From Pelomyxa schiedti (taxonomy: Eukaryota; Protista; Evosea): DNA of 64,000 bases. Position numbers and translations under genes: made by a program. The stretch is taken from positions 1-64,000 of the forward strand of contig JAHLWZ010000853.1 in assembly GCA_020536535.1 (NCBI GenBank), read 5' to 3'. Below the pieces are notes generated by a model, which saw only the letters and a program-made list of their open reading frames with translations, searched no databases and was not told where the DNA came from. Below are positions 25,451 through 38,914 of the stretch, piece after piece (the stretch's first letter is position 1; the number at the start of each line of letters is the position of its first letter).

Positions 25451-25603
25451 TTGGACGTTTCAGTCAAAAAACGGCATAATGAATGAAAAATAAAAACAAC
25501 CAACAAAAAACAAGTTTATCCACTGGGCGCACCCAGTGCATTTCGTTTGATTTTGATGATAGTTTCGTTTTTTGTTTGTGTGGTTTTTGACTGAAACGTC
25601 CAA
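25451..25603. mobile_element. MITE-like element with 20-bp perfect terminal inverted repeats and TA flanks
   Basis: ttggacgtttcagtcaaaaa (25451-25470) and tttttgactgaaacgtccaa (25584-25603). TA at 25449-50 and 25604-05. Central cactggg..cccagtg hairpin. Confidence 0.7.
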
Positions 25604-25994
25604 TACTTCCATTTTATTGGGGCCCGGTCGGTTTTATTGGGACGTGCACTCAACCAACCTGGTATCGCGTGCTCTATTTTTCTGCCGTGAATCTTACTGA
25701 GAACGCTAGATCCAACTCACGTTCCCCGATATGGTTGTCCATTTCGGGCAGGCCGGATCTATGCCTCTCATCGAATGTACATGTGGTTTTCTCTCATTTT
25801 ATACCCTCCGGTTTCGGCGCCGCCATCAGTTATGGGTGGAAAGACAATAGAAAAATAACCTTTCTTTTGTATACTCTCGACCTCATTAGGAGCCTCTGGT
25901 CCTAGTACCCGTGCATCACCTTCTTACGAGGAAATGCTAGGCTGAAACAGAACATCCCCTGATCACCCTAAATGAAATCACACGAAATAACTAA

Positions 25995-28544
25995 ATGTAT
26001 TACCAGCAACGGCAGTACCCTCCATCGTCACTCACGCCGCAACAGCAACAACACGAGCAGTACCGCGGGTACGGGGTGCAACAAGCCCCGCAGTATCAGC
26101 AGCACGCGCCCCCCGCTCCTCCCCAGCATTACCACCAGCAGCAGGCACCGCAGTACAACGGGTACAACGAACCGGGGGTGCGAGGCGTGTCGGTGCCGCC
26201 GCCTGGGCCCACGGCCACGGCCACGGGCAGGAGCGCGAGGGGGCCGGAGCAGCCGCGTGGTGGCCGTGAGCCGGGGGGGGCGGCCACTGTAGGGGGCTAT
26301 TACTCTGTGGTGGTGGTGCGGTGCATGGAGCACGTGGGGGCGTGGGCGGGGTCGCCGGACAGCGTGCCTCGGGCCGTGGACCCCTCCGGGTGCAACGGAG
26401 GCCCGCGGGGCGGCGGCGGCGGCAGCAGCAGCGAGGGGGGCAGGGGTGGGTGGGACACAAGGGGAGGGGGAGGGGGAGGTGGGCAGAGGCACCAGCAGCA
26501 CGAGTACTTGGCCCAGTACTTGGAGAAATGTGTGTGGAGTGCGGGAGGGGAAGGGAAGGGGAGGGGGACAATTGTTGGGGGGTTGTTATGTGCTGTGTTT
26601 GGGTTTGTGATGATGTGGTTTTGGTTTTTTTGTTTTGTTTTTGTTGTAGAGGCACCTGTTCCTCTTTTTTTTGTCACTGATTTGAACCTAGGTTGGAGAG
26701 AGGGAATTCCTGTTACTGATGATGTTCTTGATAGGGCAGGAATTGACGCTGTGTTTTGTGTAATCAGGGGGTACATTCAGTCACTGCCAGAGCCTCTTCT
26801 CGTTGTTGATGTGGAAATACTTTCCTGTACTTACCCGCAGTTTGATTCTTCTCTTATAAATACATGCAGCAAATGATGAAGAGGCATGGAATTGTATTTC
26901 CAGTGCTGTTGCTACATTACAATTACCCAATTTTTCCGTGCTTCGTTCTCTTGTGTCTATGTGCAGAGACGTCATTCACGCAGGGAGATCATCAGTATTC
27001 TTCTTCTCGATCCAATTTGAAGTAATGCTTCTTTTGGACCATAGTTGACCCCAATGTCCCTGTGGTTGCACTCATGTTTATTTGAATATCAGCCAAATGG
27101 TGAACGTTTAAAGCAGGTAACGCGCTTACTTGTTAAAAAAGGAATGCCTAGGTACACAAAATTTGCCTACAACAAACTGGCACCAACATTATTCACTTCC
27201 TCTCAACAACCAAGAAACTGAATTCCCTTTCAACACATACTAATTCTTTATTTATTTTTATTTCTTTCTGGTCTGACCATCTATTTCTAACAGAATTTCG
27301 AATCAACAAAGTCCCAATAGTTATTCCCCTCCTGCAGTAATTGACCAGCGAAATAAAAATTTCTCTCACACTCATATTCCACCACCAGAGTTCAGTGATT
27401 TTCCACAGTCTCCAAACATTTTCTATTCCGACTCACTTCACTCACCTCTTGCACGTACTTTCCCTCAGACTTCCCTGTCACAATCGAGGCAACATTCTCC
27501 AGCACAACAACAAATTCTCGAACCAAGCTCCGCAAGAGATTTCGATCCCACATCGTACAGCTCAAGTTCCCACTGCCCACCGAATTATTACGATTTCCCA
27601 CAAACTCCCATGAATGCACAACACCCCTCCACTCCGCAAGGTTTTCCCCTTCAACAATCCAACATCTCACCCGCAAGAGAAGCTCTGCGGGGCAACAACC
27701 ATCCACACACCACTGAAGGGCACAATTTCTTAAATGAAGATGACCGCTACTCACCACCCTTTGGCTCCCAAAATTACACCAACTGCAATGATAAGTCTCC
27801 TTATGACAGGAAACCGCCATTTCAACAACCCCTAGGTGAACTTGACAAATTAAAACAGCAAGTGCACACACTTCAGTTGAGAATCGACCAAACTGAAGGG
27901 GACTTGGCAAAGAAAAAAAGAGAAGCAGCTGCCCTCCAAACCTTTGTATGTAAAACCGTAACAACTCTTAAATTTGACCTCATTATTCCAAGAAAGAACG
28001 CGCAGAATCCGAACTGCTGGGCTACAGGCAAAACATGACAAAACTGGAAGAAAGACTGGCAGCCCTCGCAGCAGAAAATAGCACTCTACGCCAGCAGAAT
28101 TCCGAACTGCAAGAAAGATGCAGAACATCTGAGGCAGAAATCCGCTCATTGCAACAACCACTCAAACAATCACACACAACTCCGCATTCCACTTCGTCAC
28201 CCCCGCAGACTCCCACGCACTCGCGGCAGCCCTCGTCCACTCCATCATCATCTGCATCAGACACACCCACTCCGGACAAAGCTGACAACAAATCATCACC
28301 TCCTGCCGATTCTGCGTCCAATTCCACGCCGACACCAGCATCGGCATCTTCGGCGGCTTCTGACCGCAATGAGGATGAAAAGAAGCCCAAGAACAACCAG
28401 CACAACAAAGCCCGGCACCACAGGCACAGTTCCTCCCGCCACCACAGTCATTCAAAGGATAAACACAATGACAATGACAATGACGGTACCACTGTTAACA
28501 AGGAAACACCCCCAGAGGGAGAAAGCGCTCCCACCAAAGACTAA
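25995..28544 (+). CDS. Protein with degenerate RhoGAP-like domain, Q/P-rich regions and coiled coil
   Basis: YLEK...IDAVFCVIRGYIQSLPEPLL...LQLPNFSVLRSLV resembles RhoGAP helices (LKxFLRELPEPLL; LPxxNxxxLxxL). Coiled-coil exons at 27830-28160. Exon chain uncertain. Confidence 0.45.
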
Positions 28545-28895
28545 TTAATGACTTGTAGACAACCCAATCAACAACTAACACAAACACCACCCACACAACA
28601 AGACAAAATACAACCAATTGAGCAAATGAATTTTTATTTTTTTGTGAGCATGGCAATTAGCTTAAACTGGCTCCTGGTGTCGGAAGTACTGTTTCGCAGT
28701 TTTCGCTTAATACAACCTTGATTGCTTCGCTGTGTCTTCAGTTTGCCAATTGGTATCTACAGGACCCACAACACTGCTTATGCTGTGGTTCCTGTTAGCC
28801 TTGCTGAGCCGAATTGATGCCGGAAAGGTCCGGCCAGGTGCCTCGGCTCATCATCACACATAATTCCCCCGAAAGAAAAATTAACGACACCGGTT

Positions 28896-30990
28896 ATGGA
28901 CCTCCTCGATGCTGACAACATGGACGGACTGTCGTTTACGTTCGAAGGTGGTTCCTCTGTGTCGAACACACTGAGATCTGGGCCTCCCATAACTGCCACC
29001 GCTTCTCCGATGACACTGGTTATTTCGTTTTCTTTCTCTTATTGTATGTTTTTGTTTCGTAACTTTGTGTAGAACGGTCCTACTATGAAAGATAACAAAG
29101 ACTACCGCGTAGAAGCTGCACACAAAGAGAAGGAAAGGGACCGAGACAGAGATCGTGACCGCGACCGCGACCGAGATCGCGATAGAATGGAAAAAGATAG
29201 GGATAGAGACCGGGAGAGCTATCGGGACAGGGATAGAGAAAGGGACAGGGAGACTATATACAGGGACAGGGAGAACTATAGAGAAAGAGACAGAGAGCGG
29301 TCTCATAGTTTGTTTCTATTGCCTTTAACGAATGTAGATTGTAGTGTTAACATTCAACAGTACCGAGTAACGCCGGAACTGAGCTATGCAAATTCTACTT
29401 GAAGGGTGCGTGTACTAAGGGAGCTGCGTGTACGTATAGGCATCCACCAAACGTTGGACCAGTGTCTACTTTCTCTCTTTCGGAGTCAGATTCTTCCACT
29501 AACTCAGCAAGTGCCAATGCACTTGCCCTGGCGAATGCTGTAAAGCAGGAGCTTGCTTCTTCATCACATTCTGGAACACCGTCTGCATCTGGAACTACGC
29601 CTCATACTAGCGGACCCCCGTCACGGCATCACCACCATGAAAAAGCTGTGGTATGCAAACACTGGCTTAGGAACCTGTGCAAGAAAGGAGAGAGCTGTGA
29701 ATTTCTACATGAGTTTGATCCCAACAAAATGCCCGAGTGCTATTTCTACTCACGATACGGTTTTTGATGCAATTAGTTCAACTTATTCAATTACTCACTT
29801 TTCTCCTTTCTCAGGTGAGTGCAGTAACCCTGAATGCATATACCTTCATGTGAGCCCTGAAGAGAAATCAAGGGAGTGCCCCTGGTACGCTCGTGGATTC
29901 TGCAAGCATGGTTGGTTTGCTGCCTCAAAATCCCAAAACACAAATAAAATAGAAAAAGAAAGAAGTGAAAGAAGCAATAGAAAAAATACATTTTTTCCCC
30001 CTCCCCACTTTCTTTTAGACTTTGGTAACTGCTCCCACAGGTCCCCGTTGTCGCCACAAACACACAACAAAACTTCCTTGTGAGAACTACTTGCTTGGTT
30101 TCTGTCCAGAAGGACCCAATTGCAAATTTGGCCAGTTAGTGTTCCCTTTAGAAGTTCCTTCCACTAATACACGTCAAGTCCGAAATTTGAGCTCCCAAAG
30201 GATGATGACCAACCAGGAAGGAAGGCACGAACACCATTAACTTGTCATAAATGTGGAGAGGTAGGCCACAAAGCGGTGATGTGCCCAAGAGGTCCGTATC
30301 ACTGTGAGTTACAACTGAATTCTAAACACTAATACTAAGGTTTCTCATTCCACTCATCTCACTCACATCCTCCTTCACACCCTCCGACAGCACAACCATC
30401 ACCAAATAGCCATTCTGCCACAGGCACCACACCAGCACCACCCACCTCAACACATAATTCATCACATCCTCCGTCCTCCATCCCCCCCGCACCAGTTTCT
30501 CTACCATCTCCTATTCCCGTAACTCCAAACATGGATACCAGCCCAATGGTTCCATTCTCTCAACCTCCTACACAGTTCCCCAGGTCTGGAATGAGACCCC
30601 TTGATCAAGTGACTTGCTATAAAGTACGCTCACCCTCATTCAACACCTCTGACTCACTTTTTCCAGTGTGGACAAAAAGGTCACTACGCCAACAAGTGTA
30701 CAACCCGCAAGCCACCGCAGCAGGGACAACAACCGCAACACCAGCAACACCCTCCACACCAACAACCACAAATGCCACCACCGTCATGGCCAGAACAACC
30801 CCCACCGCAAATGCCAATGTCAATGCCCATGCCCATGTCAATGCCGATGCAAATGCAAATGCCGATGCAGATGCCCATGCAAATGCCATATCCTCCACCA
30901 ATCCCCATGCAACAACAGCAACAGCCTCCACCACAACAGTTCTACCCTCCTCCACCAATGCAACCACAACAGCAGCAACAATACTGGTAA
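28896..30990 (+). CDS. CPSF4: CPSF30/Yth1 (cleavage and polyadenylation factor): five CCCH fingers, two CCHC knuckles, RD-repeat insert
   Basis: VCKHWLRNLCKKGESCEFLHEFD..KMPECYFYSRYGECSNPECIYLH..ECPWYARGFCKHGPRCRHKH..CENYLLGFCPEGPNCKF. Knuckles TCHKCGEVGHKAVMC and TCYKCGQKGHYANKC. Confidence 0.95.
29130..29300 (+). repeat. Arg-Asp/Arg-Glu dipeptide repeat (in CPSF4 exon 2)
   Basis: RDRDRDRDRDRDRDRDR...RERDRE encoded by degenerate hexamers. Confidence 0.9.
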
Positions 30991-31262
30991 TTCTATTAAA
31001 ACCTGCTTTTCCACGCCACGGGTTCTCTCTTGGTTGTTTGTGTTTTGGGTATTTATTCATAGGCAAACTCCCCCTGTTGCGGAGGACAGACTCTGAGGCT
31101 GAGCCTTGTGTGACTCACGAAACGTAATTTTTGGCTGGTGACCACACCCATATCGGGAATGGAACGAGCGTTCGTTCTCTTCGCGGATTTATAAGATGGC
31201 GATTCATCAAACCTCATTGTAACAGAAACAAAAAGAAAAAAACCAAGTGACGCAGCACATAG

Positions 31263-34200
31263 ATGAGCTCCTCTTCATCGTCCCCCGCCAGGAAGAAGAA
31301 GACCACGAGTAGTGAAAAAACCAGGCTCATACCTGACGACCAGGACGAGAGGGAAGACCTCACCAGCTACACTGCAGCGTCCTCGTCATCCCACAATGGC
31401 GAATCTGGCGCCGGCAGCAGCTCCAAGACGCACAGGCACAAGCACAAGCATCACCACAGGCACCGCCACCATCATCGCCACGACGACGACGATGCTGAAA
31501 TCACGGGCCGCATTGAATTGGACCACAGGGACGCGGTACAGTGCTTTTTTCTTTTAATGAATGCCTGTCTCGTGATTGGAAAGTTTAAAGAACTGTGTGG
31601 TGGAGGAAATGTATTCTTTTTTTTTTTTGAAACTTATACTTCCATTAGAGTGGAGAAGATACTGCTACCGCAGAATCTGATGAAAAAGCACCAGATGCCA
31701 AAGACCCAAAAAACAAGGTGTCCCTCATCAGATTGTTTCAGTTCTCCTCGTGGCTTGACCGATTGATGATACTGGTAGCCATTTTCATGTCCATGGCTCA
31801 GGGTGCTCTTACACCAGTATTTTCGGTACGGCAGGAAATTTCTTCATAAATGTATCCCTAACTTCTCCAGGTATTAATGGGAAATATGATTGGAGGGTTC
31901 ACACCAATCGTAAGCTGCATACGTACTTTTAGTTCACTGAAATACAACTAGATTCCGTCAAACATTACAAATTCTTCAGCCTCCAACTTTATTTCTTCGG
32001 GATTTATTTCTTCCATTGGGTCTGCACTTGTTAGTGATGATGTTGTTATTACCGTCGACATGGATGTAATTATGGAGAATATCATTTATCTTGGAATAAT
32101 TGGTTCCTGTACTCTCGTTATTGCTTTTGCTCAGGTTCCTAATAAACTATGGAGTATACTTTCTGAAGTAACACTTCAAATACTTGTAGAATGCATTATG
32201 GTCTCTCTCTGCCCTTTCTCAAGCCACAAGGATACGCAAACTGTTTTTCCGATCCATCATGTCACAAGAAATAGGCTGGCATGACCTCAATAAAAGTGGT
32301 GAGCTTAATGCTCGTATATCTGGGTGTGTTATGGAGTGTAATGAATATTCATCTCAATATGTTACACAGAGATACCTTGAAAATTCAAGAGGCATTTGGG
32401 GAGAAACTTGGAGTTCTTGTACAAAACGTTTGTTCTTTCATTGCTGGCTGGATAGTGGGTCTCTGGATCAGCTGGAGATTGGCTCTGGTGATTATTGCAG
32501 TGACACCTCTTCTTGTTGTCACTGGTAAGCCCATCTCCTATCCTCAAAACCTCATATTCTGAAGCTGCGGGCGTTACCCTTCTTATGAGGTCTATAACTA
32601 CCAAAGGTCAACAGCTATACTCAGAAGCTGGGGCTGTTGCTCAAGAGGTTCAATGTACGCTAACTCGGTTGCGTCTCACATAGAATAAGGTTCTCTCTTG
32701 CATGCGAACTGTTACTTCACTTGGTTCCCAAAAAAGAGAAGAAAGAAGGTCCCGTTTAACCTTCTTTTTTCTTGAACACTCAAACTTCCCAAGATATGAG
32801 AAGTATTTGATAAGCACATGGAAAATGGGCAAAAGAAAGGGAATAGTGGCAGGATTATCATTTGGATTCTTTTTATTTATCATGCTCTCCACGTCAGTAA
32901 TATCTTGAAAAATCTATCTTACATTCAATAGTTATGCCCTTGGATTTTGGTATGGATCAACTCTGGTTAATAAAGGCATTACGACCCCTGGAGATGTAAG
33001 TCTCTTAATATGAAGTGATTAATTTCGACATAATACAGCTCGTTATGTTGCTCAAGTATTTTCACAGGTTATGACGGTGTTCTTTGCGGTTATGATGGGT
33101 ATAGAACTATTGAAGTTTTGATTTTCTAACAGGAGAATAGGCGCCATGGCAGTTGGACAAATCGGTCCTGATATGCAAGCTGTGGGGGAAGGCCAGGGTG
33201 CAGCTTATGAAATTTTCAATGTACCCTGATGTGAAATGTTATGTTTATTCTCAGATTAGTTGTAGGTAATTGGACGCACATCACAAATTGATGCACTTAC
33301 TGACAGTGGAGAGAAACCAAGTACCTCCCTTTGTTTTTTAATATTTTCCCCCAGTTTGTTTTCTCACTCTTTCAGGTTTATTGGGCAACATTGACATCTC
33401 TGATGTGCATTTTTCTTACCCTTCACGCCCTGATGTAGATGTTCTAAATGGAATTTCCATAAGTATCAAGAGCGGGTATGGACCTAAAAAAATTTTTGGT
33501 TTAAGATGAAGAATTTCCCCCTAGTCAAACAGTTGCCCTGGTTGGCCCAAGTGGATGTGGAAAGTCTACTATCATAAGTCTCTTACAAAGATTTTACAAT
33601 TCCAAGCAAGGCTCTATTTTGTTTGATGGGCATCCCATTGAATCGCTCTCTGTCCCATTCTTACGTTCACAGGTACAATGTGGGAAAAGTTTAGATCTAT
33701 CATCTAAGTAAATAACCAAGATGGGAGTGGTTGGGCAAGAACCTGTTCTTTTCCCTATTTCTATCAGGGACAACATTGCTCTTGGCTGTAACGGTGATGC
33801 GTCTTTTGAAGAAGTAGTGGAAGCAGCGAAAAAGGTTAGAACTTGTGATAAGGAAGCGAAATACCTTACATCCATAAAAGGCCAATGCCCACCATTTTAT
33901 TTCCCAGCTTCCTGATAAGTATGGGACTCTTGTTGGTGAGCGAGGTGTTCAGTTATCTGGAGGCCAGAAGCAAGTATGTCTCTTACTTAATTTATTAGTT
34001 TTCCTCAATCTTTTCAACAGAGAATTGCTATTGCTCGGGCAATTGTGCGGAATCCTGCCATTCTTCTTCTGGATGAAGCCACAAGCGCTCTAGACACGGA
34101 GTCCGAACTCGTTGTTCAAGATGCCTTGGAAAAGGCAAGGCAAGGCAGAACAACCATTGTCATAGCACACAGGTGAACGTGAAGTTGCCTAACTCAAGAC

Positions 34201-36955
34201 TGACGTACAAGTAGGCTATCTACAATACAAAGTGCTGATAACATCCTTGTTATCGACCATGGCTCCATTGTGGAAAGTGGTACTCACAGCAGTCTTATTG
34301 ATAAAAAAGGGTTATACCATCAACTTGTTATGCGACAACAACTTGCTGGTGGATTCGATCTTACAAAGAAGAAATCTCAGAAAAATTCCCATTCAGAGTC
34401 AGCCGTTAGTGACCAGTCTTTAGTAAGTTGATTACCATGAGAATTAAACATAACAGCCTCAGATTGTTGAAGAAGAGATCCTAACTGGTGACAAGAAAAA
34501 CCTCGAAGCACAAAATCTCGTCAAAGTATTTGTGGAAGTTATTTTTTTTTTTCCCTCACAACGAAATAGTCTGTACCATTTAGAGTTGTGATACGAGCAT
34601 TACTTCTTATGAAACCAACTTGGGGGTGTGCAACTCGCCTCCACATCTACAACTCATTTTGAATAGCCTTCTATTCCTTGGTGTGACTGCCGCATGCATT
34701 TTGGGAGTTCTTTTCCCAGCAATGGCCCTAATTTTCTCTGAGATGGTGAACGTTCTTGTCAGTTTCTTGGGAATGACTCCTGAGGAATACAAGGTATGTG
34801 AATTAACTGTATTTCTGTCCTCACCCTTTTCACTCTTTGGAATAGGATAAAGTGCTATTCTGGGTGGTAGGGTTCATTATCTTGGGAGTGACGTTCTTTT
34901 TGGTGTTATTTACACAGTCTTCTTGCATGTCTATCAATTCAGAGACTTTGACAAGACGATTACGGAGCCTGAGCTTTTCTGCCATGTTGCGGCAAGAAAT
35001 AGGGTGGTTTGACGATCCACAAAATAGCACTGGCGTATTGACAACGAGGCTTTCAACAGAGGCTACCTTGGTTGATGGTAATTTACCATTAAATACACTT
35101 CCCCACTTACGAAGTATATAACAAAGCTGCTTCTGGTGGAAGACTGGCCTCTCTTATTCAGTCAATATCTTCCCTTGTTGCAGCTCTTGGTTTTGCATTT
35201 TTCTCATGCTGGCAACTGGCTCTTGCAGTCATCGGCTGTTTTCCCTTTATGGCTGGAGCAAATTATGTGCACATGAAGTTTCTTAACAAGTATTTCATTA
35301 TGTTTTCTTTTACAAAATTCTTTTCCTCTAACTCCAACAGTAATAGCGCCAATATGAAGAAAGCGTATGAAGATTCCGGGCAGGTTGCCTGGCAAGCTGT
35401 TGATGGCATAAGAACCGTTGCTATGATCGGCCAAGAAAAGACATTTATTCAACGTTATTCAAAGGAGTTGGAAAAGCCCATTACACAAGGTACTACATAT
35501 TTTTTCCTTTGTTGTCACTGAAACATATTGTAGGAAGGAGGGCTGCAATTGCCAACGCTGTTGGTGTAGGAGTGAAAAAAACCTTCACTTATGGAATTTC
35601 TATGGTCGTTTTCTATTATGGAGGCATCCTCGTCAATGATGGTAAAGCAACTTTTGATGATCTAATCAAGGTAACCTTAAAGCAGCGGAAAGTTCGCTTA
35701 AGTGATAAATAGGTGATGATGTGCATAATGATGGGAACTGCAGTTTTTGTAATGTCCGCAATAGCACCGGACTACTCTAAGGCCAAGTTGGCTGCATATC
35801 ACATTTTCAAGCTTTTGGACAGAATACCACTAATTGACATAACCCGAGATGGGGGTGACACACTTGTGAGCAAGTGAATGCATTCTTCCTTAAACTGATT
35901 CCTTTTCCTACAGAGCGAAGTCAAAGGATGCATCTGCTTTAAAAATGTATCGTTTTCGTACCCCACAAGGCCAGGAACTGTGGTGCTCGACGACTTTTCC
36001 CTCCAGGTTCCTGCTGGTGCTAGAGTTGCTCTTGTAGGGACTAGCGGGTTTGTGGCACCTTGTTACCGCCAATCTTACGCTGTGTAGTTGCGGAAAAACT
36101 ACAGTTATATCCCTCCTCGAACGGTTCTACGATGTTTCCTCAGGAAGTATCATGTTGGATAATTCTGACCTGCAATCCTTAAACATTCAGTGGCTCCGTA
36201 GCCAGGTAAATAGGCAACCATAATTAGTTGGCATTGACACACCTGTAAGATTGGACTTGTAAGCCAAGAGCCTGTCCTTTTTGGTTGTAGTATAAAGGAA
36301 AACATTGCACGAGGTCTTCCATCTGGTTCAGCTACAATGGAACAAATAATTGATGCTGCCAAAGATGCCAATGCACATGATTTCATTATGGCTCTTCCTA
36401 AGAAATATGGTATTTTTTTTATCACACCCAGAGTCCCTGTCCTGACATGTATTTTTCAAATAGACACATACGTTGGAGAGAAGGGCACCCAGCTATCTGG
36501 AGGGCAAAAGCAGGTTCTTTTATTTTGTATTTGAAATTTGAAATAGTAAAAGTAATGGTTCACCAGAGAATCGCTATTGCTCGAGCTTTGATACGCAATC
36601 CCAAGATACTACTGTTGGATGAGGCTACCAGTGCCCTGGATACAGAAAGTGAGGCTGCGGTTCAGGTACAGTGCCTTCATGTACCTCATTGTCCCTCATT
36701 CTTTCAACAGGAAGCCTTAGAACGGGTTCACCAAGGCAGAACCACTATTGTAGTTGCACACCGGCTGTCCACGGTTCAGAATTCAGACCAGATTATCGTG
36801 TGCTATCACTTTGCCCTATCCAAACGTCCCACTTATACTACCCAAAGGTCATTTCAAAAGGCAAAGTTGTAGAAACAGGCACACACCAACAACTCCTTGA
36901 AATTGGGGGAGAGTATGCCCGGTTGGCAAACAACCAAGCACTTTTCACGGAATGA
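31263..36955 (+). CDS. ABCB1: Full-size ABCB (MDR/P-glycoprotein) transporter, many introns
   Basis: Two TMD-NBD halves: [29 protein letters not shown], Walker [10 protein letters not shown] and GTSGCGKTT, two [30 protein letters not shown], GRTTIVxAHRLST. Confidence 0.95.
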
Positions 36956-37161
36956 AATTTAAAAGCAAAAGCAAACAAACAAAATATTTCATTTTGATTT
37001 ACCTTTTGTTTGGTACCCACTATGTCGAAGTTACAATGAAACCCCTGCGTGGATGCCAAAGTGGTTTTTAAGAACAAGGGATCTTGAGTTCCACATAACT
37101 GCTATTATTTTCTCGAGCCTTGTCTTGTATTGTTCTTGGGCATTTCCAGTGGAAGTTACAA

Positions 37162-37753
37162 ATGAGGAGCACTGTAAAAATTTTAATGATCTTGGTTATG
37201 GCTTGGTGTGTGGCCTCTAAGGACCAGTGGTGGGAAAATTGTGGCACCAAATCTGACCACGCAAAGGCTTGAATGCATTTTCATATAAAAAAATATGCTC
37301 ACAACAGCAAAGTTAGTGGATCTTGAGACATCTCCCGAGAAGCCAAAGTGGGGCCAGGACTTCACTGTTGACATTACACTAGATCTTGGTAGCGTTCAAA
37401 AATAGAATACCCCAAGTGGCACTAATCCATCGTAGATGAAACCGTCAATGATGGCGTTGTTATTGCAAACATGACATGGAACAGGATTGCGCTCCTACCT
37501 ACAACGTCGTTCCCCCTATGTACTAGTGGTATTCCCGGAATCAAGTGTCCGATGGAACAAGGCAGAATTCACAGAGTCGAGACTGTCAAGGTTCCATCAT
37601 ATTTCCCCAAGGTTGTGTCCCCCATTCCCATAGTTACACTGCCTGCCATCTGACTGCTTTCCCCAGGGTCAGTATGACGCTTACGTAGTCGCCAGAGATG
37701 AAAAGTCAGAACAACTGGGATGTGTCCACATCAAGCTTGAACTCACAGACTGA
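37162..37753 (+). CDS. ML-domain (NPC2/MD-2-like) lipid-binding protein
   Basis: Signal peptide MRSTVKILMILVMAWCVAS; WENCG; SPEKPKWGQDFTVDI; LC...CPMEQG; VPSYFPKGQY; QLGCVHI. Confidence 0.85.
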
Positions 37754-37951
37754 CTCCCCGCCGTCGAGTGACGTAGAAAAATTTTTAAATTTTCCCACAT
37801 GATCTCACCTCTGTGTGCCATTTTTTTTGCGGTTTTTCTTAGTTGTCTGGTTCCCAGCCATTTATACATTGTCTGTCGGGTATGCCCATTTTCTTCTTTA
37901 TTCCAAAGTTGTAGAAGTTCCTGCTTGTGTTACATACTCACTAGTACAAAA

Positions 37952-38797
37952 ATGTTCAAGGGGAAGAAGAATAACAAGAACAACAAGAAGGGGGGCAAGA
38001 AGTCTAGCCACACTGAGAAAAACAACAACTCCAAGGTGGCACAGCAGCAACCAATGGGAAATGGCCATGCCGCTTCGAAGCCCAACAAGAACGACAACTC
38101 TAGTGCTGGGAGCGTGAACGCCAACGTGCCTGTTGTTGCTGCCGCTGAAGGGTCTACTATTGCCGCCACGTCAACGTCGCCTTTGGTGCCCCCGGCGCCC
38201 AAGAGGGACCTGGCCAAGGAGATGGAGGAAATGGCTGAGGCTCTGCAGGCTCTGCGACTAAAGAACGAGGAGGCAGAGGCCCAGGTTCGCGCCGCCCAAG
38301 AAAACGCCGACAAGCTGGTTGCCGTGTACGAGGCCAAGTTGGACTCGGCGTCGTCTGGCCGCGCCCAGGCCCTCACTGAGATGGAGGAGAGGCACAAGAG
38401 GGAGCTCATGGCCAGTGACGAGGCGCACGCGGTGGAGATGAACGAGCTGCGAGAGGCCATGGAGGTGCAGAGGCAGAGGCAGGAGGCCAAGTGCGCCGAG
38501 GCGCAGGGCCGGGTGCAGGAGCTAGAGGCCCAGCTGTGCGTGCAGGGCGAGCGCCTCAGGGGTGCCAGGTCAAAGGTGCGTGCCTTGGTGGAGAGGGAGA
38601 ACGAGACTGCAAAGGTGCTGTGTGAGGTGCGCGACGAGATGGAGAAGGCCGCCACTGGGGCCTCGTTCATTGGCAGGACAAGGGCCTACAAGTCGACCGG
38701 TATGTCTGGCGCTTTTTCCTTTTTTGTCCTCCCATAACTTTGTATTGCAGCTGACACCAATGTGCTTAACCCAATGCCTATTGTTGACCACGTCTGA
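37952..38797 (+). CDS. Hypothetical coiled-coil protein with basic K/N-rich N-terminus
   Basis: MFKGKKNNKNNKKGGKK followed by ~150 aa of E/A/R heptads. One intron at ~38700-38750. Confidence 0.65.
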
Positions 38798-38914
38798 GGA
38801 GCACCGCGCTTTCTGCCTGGAGTGAAATAGAAAAGCAAACAATTCTTTTTTATCAACAATCCCCTGCACAAAAAGTTCAGAGTCGTCTTCAGATCATTTC
38901 ATAAAAACAATAAA

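Noticed and set aside
31105-31190. AATTTTTGG Sm-site-like motif with flanking stems (possible snRNA)
   Set aside because: No U1/U2/U4/U5 hallmark sequence nearby; the motif is short enough to occur by chance.
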